DNA from: Mytilus edulis
Taxonomy: Eukaryota
Assembly (NCBI RefSeq): GCF_963676685.1
Contig: NC_092347.1
Coordinates: forward strand, 91,760,001-91,824,000
Direction of reading: 5' to 3'
Length of the DNA stretch: 64,000 bases
Positions within the stretch are counted from its first letter, which is position 1. Each line of letters opens with the position of its first letter. Position numbers and translations under genes: made by a program. This document shows positions 24,901-37,000 of this stretch, in pieces. Below the pieces are notes generated by a model. The model was not told where the DNA came from and did not search any database. It saw only the letters and a list, made by a program, of their open reading frames with translations.

Positions 24901-27136
24901 ACTTTCATATTTTTTTCAATTCTTCGGTATGCTTGAATATTTCCTCCAAGAATCTAATGCAATCCTAGAAGCTACTGATAAAAAATTGTTAAAAAAAAAA
25001 GACACAATAACCAAGTCTTGCCGCATGCTTTCGTACTTAACTTTTATTATGTTGCGGTTCCTAGTGAATGTCATAACAATGTTCTAAATGACAAAGTTGT
25101 GCAGTTGTAAAATTTTGCGAATATTCAATCAACAATAGAAGGCAAAGAAAAGAATAATGAACATTCTACTGAGCGTTAAAATGCAATCTTTGCAAAAGAT
25201 GTATGAAAAATAGATTTTGAATACACAGAACATGGGACTTTAACAAGAAACGAAACAAGTCGATATGACATATCTATCTTGATTGATATTTCCCATTTTT
25301 TATATTAATTTTTATCCGTTTTTCCAACATATGTATCAAACATTATCTTATCAAAAGTAAATCTATTAAAAGATTGCAATATGCTTTCGTACTTTTCATT
25401 GATTGGAGACCATGCATGCATATGATGGTCTAAAGGTGATCATTTGATTAAAAAAAGTTTGTTTTCTTGGGATTTTGTTTTTTTGTTTTTTGTTTTGTAA
25501 TTATTTTAGGGAGAGGGATTCTTTTGATATTCTTGCAGTTTCCAATTCTTAACGTTATTCACATATATATATCTTTTTATTAAATAAATCGTAAAGTTTG
25601 AGCTACAGAAATGAAATAAACGTTTTGCAACTTTAATAATTAAAAATACAAAGGAAATGAATCTCTAACAAATAACTTGATATCTTATTAGGTTCTAATG
25701 ATTCTGCTAGAATCAAACGTCTAATTAATGTTATATGATTGGAATGGGGTTTGTGGAACAGAAAAGAACATATCATAAAGTATCTATGTTAATGAAATAT
25801 AATGGTTGCAAATAATCCAAGGGTAGAATGACCAGAACATTCGTTTGAAATGTGTGAGCTTTTGATTTGTGCCATTTGATTAGGAACTTTCCTTTTTGAA
25901 TTTTCCTCGGACTTCAGTATTTTTGTGATTTTATCTTTTTTTTCAAGGCAAATGTAGATTTCAGGTGAAAGGATAAAGGAACGGTTGTTTTTCGGATAAA
26001 AGACACAAAGCGATAAGAAAATGTTATACTAGGACCTAAAAATGGATAGATACAGGAAATCCATCATAAAGATTTCAATGTGCTATGGACAAAAAATTAT
26101 AAATCTTTGAACTGCAATTATAATATATTGGTGGTTATGACTTTAAGATCATATGTTCTCTCATTATAGATCAAATGAAGGATGTTGTACTTTAGTGAAG
26201 TGTTTCTTAATATAGAAACAGACATCAAAGGTGTTAAGTTCTTTATTTAATTGGGGTTTAACACGTGAATTCGCATTTGGTCTGTCATAGATTTAGGTAA
26301 GATTCTTTTTAATATTTTGTTTTTATCCTTTATTAATTTTGGGAGAATGAATGTATTTCGAAATCAATTACAAGGATGAGCATTTTTCAGTAACAATGCC
26401 TTTGATTTTGCTACTTGATTCCGATTCGAATTTTTCTTGTGGTTCGGTAAGTTTTTTGTTTTACTTTTTTTGCAGTCTGGAGAATTCAAAGAAATTACAA
26501 AAATAATTTGATAGAGGGTACACAATTTCAAGGGATAATTAAAAATCACAATTATGAGAAAGACAGATACCACAATTGCCGTACAAAAAGACGAGCAGAT
26601 ATACATCAGTCCATTACTCTATTCCGAAAAAAAAAATTACCAGTTCAGAAATGAGTTGAAATAGTGCTCTACAAGCCTGGTTTATTGTAAACATTCGTCG
26701 TTTTCTATTTCAAATCTGTATTGTCACTGAAAATGATTCAAAGAATAGCAGATTGGTACATGTAAACTGCCATTAAGGCAGTTATACAGCTATCTCGCAA
26801 AATATTGGAGTATGATAAAGCGAGATAATCAGTACAACTTGTATTCCGCAAACATTTGACTCTGTTAGTTGTACATGTATTTGGTTTTTTTATATATATA
26901 AATAAATAACACCTTTTAAATACAAATTTGTGTTTTAGGAAAAACCAATTATCCATAAAAAAAACTCTGATTAAAAAAACTGGGTTAACTGTGTAACTGA
27001 CATGATGCTTGAGTTTTTCGTTGTTTTTATACAATATATATTAGTATGTTTTGGAGTCTGCTTTTCGCTAATCAGTATGTTTTCTTAGAATAACCAAATG
27101 TACTCTTTTTATCACTAAAATGTTTCTTTTACTGTA

Positions 27137-27660
27137 TGAGACAGGGTTGAGGAAGATTTTGATTTTCTCTGTGAACTTTCCATTTCTGTGTAGTAACATT
27201 CCAGCAGGACATGCATATTAAATAAATGTTACCAGGATTGAAATTGATGTTATATTCCAGAGCTTGCTATTCCTATCACTTGATTCGAGTCGATGTTCTG
27301 ACAATTGTTTAGACAATTCAATCGACCGTTTTAGTGGTATACTACTGTTGCCCTGATTTAATATATTTGTGTTATATGTGACACTCAGTTCAGTGTTCCA
27401 TTTGTCGGAACAACAATCTCGTCTGTCTTTCTCCGACTGACGCCATATGTCTCATCATGCAATGAACTATACAACTTATGATACTCGTAGAACAGAAACC
27501 GCTCACCCATTCGTAGGTACTCTCCCTGCAGTTTTCGAAGGGATTGATTCGTGTATGTAATCTCATTAGTTTTTTGTGTTATATTAAGTTATTGCTGTTT
27601 GTCTTTTCGCTTTTGTTTTTTTTTTGGTGGAAGGTGTCCATTTGGTATTTCATTCGACTT
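27137..27660 (+). mobile_element. Highly decayed Penelope-like RT C-terminus and tail
   Basis: GTGAACTTTCCATTTCTGTGTAGTAACATTCCAGCA encodes VNFPFLCSNIPA, and TATTCCAGAGCTTGC encodes YSRAC. Confidence 0.6.
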
Positions 27661-28708
27661 TTTTTTTTTACAGGATATCATTTTTATGCTATGCATTTAT
27701 TGCCAGAAAGATTGTATATAAACTGTCAATATTATTTAGTCTAGAGCGTCATTAATGAGTTTTGTGCAGACGTAACGCGCGTCTAGCGAATTAAATCATA
27801 ATCCTGGTACCCTTGATGACTATTAGTACGTACCATTCGAAACATTACTACGGTCTACGCATTTCATGCAAATGAAAATAAAACAGCAGCAGTAATTTCT
27901 TTATCCAATTCCAATGGAATGCATGAAGGGTTTAAAATCTTATGATTAATAAAGTACTGAAATATTTGAAATGCAGTTAAGGCTGTACGAAGACAGGAAA
28001 ATGGCCATTGTTATATTATAGTTCGTTTCTGTGTGTTACATTTTAGTGTTTAGTTTCTGTTGTGTCGTAGTTCTCCTCTCATATTTGATGTGTTTTCCGC
28101 AGTTTTAGTTTGTACCCCGGATTTGTTTTTCTTCTCAATCGATTTATGAATTTGGAACAGCGGTATACTACTGTTGCCTTTATTTTTCAGAACGAGCAAT
28201 AAATTAAGTCACTCACAAACCGTATTTAAACAAAATAAAATGTGACACAATTACCAATGCAACAGCTATCTATAAAAAACAAAGGTCGAAGATGTGGACA
28301 ATCACATATCATATGTTTTTGTGATATCAAAGATGAAAATGTGTCGGTTTTGTTTTTATCATAAATATTTTGAGTGCAATAGTACACGAAACACAAGTGT
28401 AAGAATCATTTTTTTCATATTACCGGACATTTGTACTTGTTTGTTCATTTTAAGAAGTGCTTGTTTTTTACTACCTAAATCGAACTGTAAGTAGATCTTG
28501 ATTGATACTTTGGTTGATGACAACATTATTTGTAGAACTTTATGGAATGGTAATTATCCTCGATAAACACTTAAGAGTTGAAATATTGGTATAATTATTT
28601 CATAAACATTCTTAGTCATCTGTACGTGGCCAGCAACCCACGTTTGCCATGTAAAGTTGTAACTTTGATGATTAATTCACATCCTCTTTTTCAGATCAAG
28701 ACTGAAAT

Positions 28709-29815
28709 ATGGTAGATACAACAGAGAACAAGTCTTATTTCTTTGATGAAGAGGTTGGCTGGGGAAATAGGTCATACTTTACATTTTTCTCTGAATTCAA
28801 TCGACCATGGAAAGGACTATCTTATTTGGAATCTGTTATATATATCGTGTTATTTCTAATATCAATGTTTGTTAATATTCTCATATTTTACCAAATAATA
28901 AATATTAAAAGCACGCGAACAGTGACAAACTATTTTATGTGCAACTTGGCTTTAGCGGACATCTTCTTTACTCTTACAAGTCCATTAATAGCAATACAAC
29001 GCATTACTGAAACCTGGGTACTTGGTGGATTTATTTGTCACATGATGGTTTTCAATTTATTTGTCTCCGGTTCCGTCATTATATGGACCATGACAATGAT
29101 AAGTATTGACCGCTATATATGCATAAACAGACCATCATCAAAGAAAATTACACCTAGAATGGCAATCATTTTCATAATAATTATTTGGATCGGTGGATTT
29201 TCGGTATCATCGCCTATTGCAATGTACTTTGTCGTTCGACAATTTCCTTTCGGAACACAAACTGTAAAAATCTGTACACTAATTTGGCCCGTATCTAAGA
29301 TCCGGATATCTGTCGTTTTCACCGTTTTTCTATGTGCATTAGGATTTTTAATTCCGTTGGCTATTCTCGCAGTGAACTATTTTCTCATATTGAAAAGATT
29401 CTGTAAATCCAGACGAGCTATAGCCAGCATTAATGGAAATACGTTAACAAAGAACAAGCGACATAGAGAAGCCCGAGATCTTCGAGTGATTCAAACACTG
29501 GTTCTAGTGGTAGTTTTATTCCTGTTAATGTGGTCGCCGATATTTATTGTATTTGTTTTAATTCAATTGGACGGTATGGACGATAAAATGAAAATGTCAT
29601 CTCAAATGTTCATAGCAACTTTAGCCATAGCAGTTTGCAATGGTTGTCTTAATCCATTTGTATATGGAATTCGTAACTATCGGATTAAACGATCTGTTTT
29701 AAGATGTCTATTGCATCGAAAGCGACAAAGAAGAATAAAACAAGACAACGAACCAAATCATAACCAGTCTGTATATGCAATGAGTTTTACTCAAAACTCA
29801 AGTTCTGTTTACTAG
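28709..29815 (+). CDS. Class A (rhodopsin-like) GPCR, most similar to free fatty acid receptor 4 (GPR120)-like receptors
   Basis: 368-aa ORF with seven hydrophobic segments, NLALAD, TM3 Cys, DRY, WSP and NPFVY. N-terminal YFTFFSEF resembles the FPFFSD segment of FFAR4. An in-frame TGA just upstream fixes the start codon. Ligand class is inferred. Confidence 0.92.
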   Translation: MVDTTENKSYFFDEEVGWGNRSYFTFFSEFNRPWKGLSYLESVIYIVLFLISMFVNILIFYQIINIKSTRTVTNYFMCNLALADIFFTLTSPLIAIQRITETWVLGGFICHMMVFNLFVSGSVIIWTMTMISIDRYICINRPSSKKITPRMAIIFIIIIWIGGFSVSSPIAMYFVVRQFPFGTQTVKICTLIWPVSKIRISVVFTVFLCALGFLIPLAILAVNYFLILKRFCKSRRAIASINGNTLTKNKRHREARDLRVIQTLVLVVVLFLLMWSPIFIVFVLIQLDGMDDKMKMSSQMFIATLAIAVCNGCLNPFVYGIRNYRIKRSVLRCLLHRKRQRRIKQDNEPNHNQSVYAMSFTQNSSSVY

Positions 29816-30820
29816 TTTATTAGTTATTTTTCCTGTTCTTGTATAAATATACATCCTTGGCATAATATATACTGTTATTGAATCAATTACGATTAAAATA
29901 GTTATAAAATAAAGTTTATAGTAGAGATTTTCTTTATATTCATTTAAAGCTATATAACATATATAGTTACTTTGTCGGTAAGAGAATGTCTGCACGTAAC
30001 GTCACCACATCATTCCTTCCAACTCGGGTTTGAAAAAAAACACGTATCTATGGAAATAAGGTGGCGTTATTATAGCTTGGCATAGGCTATTCTTTATTTA
30101 ACAAAATGGATCAAAAACTGAAATTTAAAAAACAAGTAGTAACCTCAATCAGGAATGCTCAAAGCCGAACATTTAATGGATTAACATGTAAACGAACCGA
30201 AACAATTAAAGTGGTATATGACAATGAAGGGATATAAATAATAGTCTAATACATATAAGGTCAACTTTGCCCGATCACTTTATCAGTTGATGACTCTATA
30301 GAAACAAATTCAACATAGTATCAGTGATTCAAATGTATGTTTTTATTGAAATTGATGAATCCTCCGTAAAACTAACACGTGCCTCGCCTTCTCTGCATTT
30401 ATAGTTTATTGTAGGCGGGCCAGTATGAAATTGATTTCTGTGTAATTTTTTTTATCTTAAAGATTAAATCGAACCGACAAAATAAGAAGGAAACCATATA
30501 AAAACTATCAGCGATTTTATTCTTAATTCATAATATAACAAGTGGCAAAAATTTAAAATAAATATAACATAATCACAGTAACAACTACAATGTAAATCAA
30601 CGACTAAACATCTACGTTAACAAACAAACAATACCCGTACATAATAATGCATACTTATGACAAAATAACATAGTTCTAAGATCTTTGGGATTTGAAAAAA
30701 AAACAATATCGTTTTGGCAAATAATAAAGCTTTTAATCGAGACCTCTTTAGGTCATTATTATACTGAACATTTTTGGTTAGACAAATCTATGTTTAGTAA
30801 GGAAAAACAAAAATAACTAA

Positions 30821-30926
30821 AAATAACTTACTCCGAGGAATACTCAAAACGAAAAGTTACTTATAAATGAATGAAATAACTTACTCCGAGGAATACTCAA
30901 AACGAAAAGTTACTTATAAACGAATG
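30821..30926. repeat. Tandem duplication, 2 x 53 bp
   Basis: AAATAACTTACTCCGAGGAATACTCAAAACGAAAAGTTACTTATAAAYGAATG starts at 30821 and at 30874. The unit resembles the end of family C. Confidence 0.85.
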
Positions 30927-31235
30927 TCTGTGTAAATGTTCAATAAATAACTAATATAGGCAAATGTAAAAATATTGGAAAAGCACCCTTTATCATTTTT
31001 CATGGTTTTTAATTTAAGTACATTCATACATTTGTCATATCAACATTTAATAATAAGAATTATAATATTTCACTTTTTTATGTAATATATATATGTTTTC
31101 TTTTTAAAATAAAATCTGCGTGGTACGAGTGGTCTAGAATCTACTCGTAAGACAATAGTAAACAATAATTTGTTAGGATCGAAGTTTCAATTTGTTCATA
31201 TGGCACAGGATAAAACACTTGTATTTTCAAAAATT

Positions 31236-31365
31236 TACACCCCAGTTCTATTGTTATACTTCATGACTATTATTTCTGAAACAAAATACACCTCAGTTCT
31301 ATTGTTATACTTCATATCTATTATTTCTGAAACAAAATACACCCCAGTTCTATGGTTATACTTCA
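31236..31365. repeat. Minisatellite, about 2.6 x 51 bp
   Basis: TACACCCCAGTTCTATTGTTATACTTCA units start at 31236, 31287 and 31338. Confidence 0.85.
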
Positions 31366-34082
31366 ATAATTCTTATATGATTTGCATACTAGGGAATACG
31401 TTGATATGATTGGTCGAGAGGAATTCCGGTAATTGATCTAGACGTTGGTTATTTTTCGATAGACGACGTTGACCGAACTTCTTTGCGTTACCAATGTAAA
31501 CAAGATGGCGACGATAATAACACCGACATTAACAAAAAAAAATTTCACTGCACGTTAATTTGTGAATAAAATAATACACAAACACATTCGTTTGAATGAT
31601 AATTAGAGTTTTGCAGTTTACTTTGTATCAGATAGCAAATTTCATCGAGTACACATGTTTGCGTTAACCAACAAATGTATTCATGCACCAGGTCTATCCA
31701 ATGACATAAATATACAATTTACGTGTGATAGAGCTAAGGAGTGTGGAACAATATATGCCCTTTCTCCAATTTTAAAGAATCATAAGGATTAAACGCCTTT
31801 TTTAAGGAATTTATTGGTGTATAAACTGGACCAAGTCACTCACAAACATATCATAAAAGACCTTGGGACCTTTATTTGTTTGTGGCGTTTAATCTTATAT
31901 AAATTTTATTTCTGAATGAAGTGTCAATAGAATAAATCTATTGTTACGGATAACAGTGAATTTTGACGGCCGGAGGGGTTTCTTATCCCGACACACTGTA
32001 TTTTTTACAGTGAGATTGTCGGCCAGTTTATGACATAATTTGTTAGATTGATTTGCCAAAGATGATTAAATAATTTGTTGTGATTACCCACAATGTTATC
32101 TTCTAAAATGCACATTTAAAGAATGATCGACCTCAAGCAAATAATTTTGCTCAAACCGGTGATAGAGGTCGTCGTGAACCTGCAGTGAGACTGATTTGTT
32201 TTATCAGTGAAGAAGGCCTTGTTGCTACATTGAAATAAATTTCGTTTCAGGTGTATTCATTGAATGAAAAATTCTGCTAACCATAACATGGAAATGACGT
32301 TTGCTATTTTGACTTCATTCTAACCTCTTACTTTTTCTGAGCAAAGCATTTAAAAGTTGCATATTAATATTTTAGATTTCTAAATATTATCTAACTCAAT
32401 CTGTAGAAAACAAAATGCATGTTGTTTCAATTACTAGACAGTATATGTTTTTATTCAGTTAATGTTCATTTATTCCAATACCTAAAAATCCAAAGCTATA
32501 ATTGTCCCTTTAAGATCATATAAATCACATCCAAAGTAAAGCAATATGTTAAAATATACATGCTTTTCACATAGAATTTAATTATACTAGTACTCAATGT
32601 ATACTTATTATTGTTTATCACAGATATGCAAATTGCAAATAAAGAACAATCCCATATACAGTCTACACAAAATACATAATGCCATCCTCTTAAGAAATCA
32701 TAACATTGGTACATAAAAAACAGTGTATATTTTTATTGGTTAATTTGGTTATACAGTATCAGTATACATATAACTATAAAAAAAAAATTTAAACAAATTC
32801 TAGGCTTCCTACTACTGATACATCGACGGGCACTTAACAAAAAGCAGATATTTAGGATTAATTATGATTGTTCTGTAAAAAATGATTAAGATATATCATA
32901 TATAAGGATATTATTAAATGAATAAATTACAAAATACCAAACGTTTGACCAAAAAAATGTTTCACTCTAATTACGAGTTTTCGAAATGATTATATCCTTT
33001 TACAACACGTACAATGTGCTACGATCGATGCAAATAGCATAGTTATATTTTAGGGAGGAAGATGACCTTTTTTTAAGAATCTTCAGCGAATATCAAACTT
33101 GTTTCTGCATTTTGTCAATCAAATTATAAGAATCTGAATAGAACAAATAACATACTACTGTTAACTTTTTAAACTATACACTACATATTAACTACAACTT
33201 GACAGGAAAATTGATATATTAAGTTTGTAGTAATTGGTAACATGCTTTTTTTATTTATTTGTATAACTGTTGAAATAGTTTGTGTATGCCTAAATGTTGC
33301 TATTTTATGCATAAGAATGATCGTGGTATTTAAACGTTCCTTTGCTTATATTTACATTTACCTTTTTAACATCAAGCTGTTTCAGTATATCGCAACATGA
33401 CACGATGTCAGCAGAGAGACGATCAAAATCAAATTCAAAATTCAAAGTTCAAATTTTTAATCACTTTCAAAAGAACATGAAACATATCAATTTTTAAAAA
33501 CAGAAGAGTAAAATGCAATGGAAAAAATCATCAATGGACTTTTTCAATAGCAATTAGCATTTCATTACCAATTAATTTGGATCAAATAGTATAGCACAAT
33601 CATTATCAGACAGAAAATGGCAAACCATTGCGTTTTAAATGACGCAAACTATTGCATTTTTATCAATTATACATTAGCTTAATAAATACATACTGTGAGG
33701 TAATTGAAATTAACTATAAGAGTAAGATCACTGTTAAAGCAGTGCGACAAAAATTTCACAAAAAATTAAAAAATAAATACTCAGGTCTGGTAAAACATAT
33801 CACATCAGCAGTATTTGACAATTTGGGTTAAAGCCTTTGTTTTGGTAAATACAACTGTAAATATGTGCAATACTGATCGACATTAAGCGAACATGTTCTT
33901 CTTTGGCATACATTTAAACATTAAAGCGAGGAATGTTGGCAGTTTACTTATCATTTTGTACACATGAAACAGCAGAACAACAAATTGGTAATAGCCTCAA
34001 TCAGCAGAAGAAAGTTCTTCCATTCTTTTCATGGTATTTCAAAACATTTCCAATAGGATGACACTCCTAACGTCTAGATAGT

Positions 34083-37000
34083 TCAGACACAAGTTTCTGG
34101 AGCAAACCCAACTATACGAACATTTCGGACACGTCTGACCAGACCACTTATATCTGGTCTCATGCAGGATACATGCCGTGGCGATTTAGGTGATGGTGGT
34201 CCCACCCAGGAATTCGGATGGACTCTTTTTGGTGATCGTGGTCGTTCCTCCTCCACTACTATGTTACGTGTTTGGATGGGTTGTGGTCTGGGAGACTGAC
34301 GAGGTGATCCATCTACTTCATCTTTACCCTCGAATCTCAGATTTTGTTTTGTTTCATCTACTTCTTTTTCATTGGTTGGTGTTTTGATAATTCCATTTAG
34401 AACTTTGCTGCATTTAGAAAAATAAATTTCGTTTTGTATATATGCAAACAGGGCAATATTCACATAATTCATATACAAAATAGCATTATAACAGTAGATA
34501 CTGTAAAACATGTAATTGTTTTCATGCAAACTTAAGTTCACATAAAATATAAAAAAGATAATGAATACATTGATTGAACATGCGTACATAAAATAAAACG
34601 TCAATCATTATAATAGAATTATAATAGAATTTTGATAGAAGAAACATTAATTATTTTTTTAACTGCTACAGTTTCCAGAGACACATTTTTACAATATACG
34701 AAGGTGAAGGATCACATTGTTTTTACATTGTGGGTACGAATTATGATTTGAAATCAAATCTTGGGTAGTAATATAGAAGTAAGATTCCATAGTGACGGCC
34801 ATTTAATTAAGTCTTTTCTAATTTTCGTCTATATATCTGAAGCCCTTTTTCAGGACTTGCTGCAAATGGCACAGTTGCAAACAACAGCATTACTTAAACA
34901 TTCAGCAAATAAACAGACGTCCCAGAGTTATACAATCGAAACGGTAAAAAACCCACTGGCAGAAATTACCATATCAATATACCCCAGTCAACACTTGTGA
35001 TGCTAGTAAAATTAGAGAAATACGAAAACAACTGAACGCGGAAACCTTTTTGTGTCGACATGCTAAGATATAAGGAACTCCATAAAGTCGTGGAATAAAA
35101 CTGTAAATTTATTACCAATTTAGAATTTTGCTAACATAACCCTTACAGGAGCACTATCCCAAAGAAAACAGCATAACTGTAAACTAACAAATAATCCTTG
35201 AATATCTGTTGTACTTTTGAAGGGCCCCGAATATAAATAAAGGCATAAAGGCATAAAGATATGTCCCAATAATTTGTTGTCGATGTTTTGCTGGGTGTAT
35301 TTGCACTATATCTGTACTCTTATAATGTTTAAGTTGGTTTTTGGGGGAATGGTATTTTCCTTTCCTTTCAATAAGTCGAATCATTATCAAATTGTACATG
35401 TATGATATAATATGTAGTGTACTTATGCAGCATAATACAAAGATGATCATTAATACAGAGAACACAAACATTCACCTATCAGTGAATATAATACTGAACC
35501 ATATGGTGCATCAAAATAAGGAGACTATTTGTGATTCTATATGATAAAATAAGTTGTCGTAAGACGTTTTTACTTTCAATGACTATATTTTTTTCGACTG
35601 ATTTCACTATTCTTTTATAATACTATAAAGCAATATCAAGGCGTCCTATATTTTTTAGGAAATAGTTTTCTTATTTCAAAAAATTAGCTTAAGATTGTTT
35701 TTTACGTAACAATATCTTTAATGCATATTTGCTTTTCTAAATACAAAAGGAATAGAGCGAGAGCTTTCTTAACCTGGCATTATGTCATAAAAGTTTACTA
35801 TGTTTAACAATATACATTGTTTTGTATGTATGCTGACGTTTTGTCTTTGAAGTACATTGCAATCTTAAGCTAAGAAAAAGTACAAAAGATACGTATTTGT
35901 GACACAATAACTTATTAAATCGTTTTGTCTTTGAAGTACATTGCAATCTTAAGCTAAGAAAAAGTACAAAAGATACGTATTTGTGACACAATATCTTTTG
36001 TACTTTTTCTTAGCTTAAGATTGCAATGTACTTCAAAGACAAAACGTCAGCATACATACAAAACAATGTATATTGTTAAACATAGTAAACTTTTATGACA
36101 TAATGCCAGGTTAAGAAAGCTCTCGCTCTATTCCTTTTGTATTTAGAAAAGCTAAGATCGCAATTTATTTCGAAAAATATAAAACTTCCATCGAACTTTA
36201 ACAAAAATGCAGAAATACAAGTTCATACAGTGATACAAGTTTAGTAGTGTTCTAATGATTTAAACAAAAACCACAAATAGGATTTACAATATGTACAAGT
36301 TAGAGTTCTTTTGTTCGGATTTGTTTAACAACTGTGTATAAATGAATCCATTTGAATGTTGCTTATAAGTGAATTTGCCAAAAGCTAATATCGAAATACA
36401 AAATACTAAACCTAACTGAATGGTATATTCCTTCATAAAGTGGTGGACATTACAGTATAAATACTCTATCGACATTGAAGAGAATAACACCCATAATAAT
36501 AAAATACTATTTATTCAAAAATTTATCACAAAATTGTCCTGCTAAGTCAAACGCAAATTTCTCTGGAAAAAGAACAAAACATATAATCTTTATACAGTTT
36601 CTCACAAATGTAGCATGCCTGTTCGTTTTCTTTGTTTGTAAGATTCGGAAACATTCTTGTCGGATTTTATCGACATCTGTTTCTTTGATGTATTTGGTTG
36701 GTCTTGTTCCATTTTTCTGAAAATGGACAATATTCACAGAATAACAACATATACTACACTTTCCGATGTTTAAACAATAAATGCAAGTGTAAATAAAAAA
36801 AACAATGCTATTTAACAACCGCGATTCGTACCTTTCTTAGTGTATTGAATAGTTTCTGAACAAAATGAAAACCATCAATATTAAATAATTTCAGCGATTA
36901 CCGTCTCAGCTTTGATAAAAATAAAAGTGTCAGGAAACAAAACTTTTGAAGATGAAAATCTCTGACTGTTAGGTGAAAGATCAACTAAAGAGTCAAAATT

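Noticed and set aside
34408-34604. N-terminal part of the 173-aa ORF as a stand-alone gene
   Set aside because: Low-complexity intron-like sequence upstream of an acceptor. Only 34407-34083 looks coding, and it fits NMNAT in phase.
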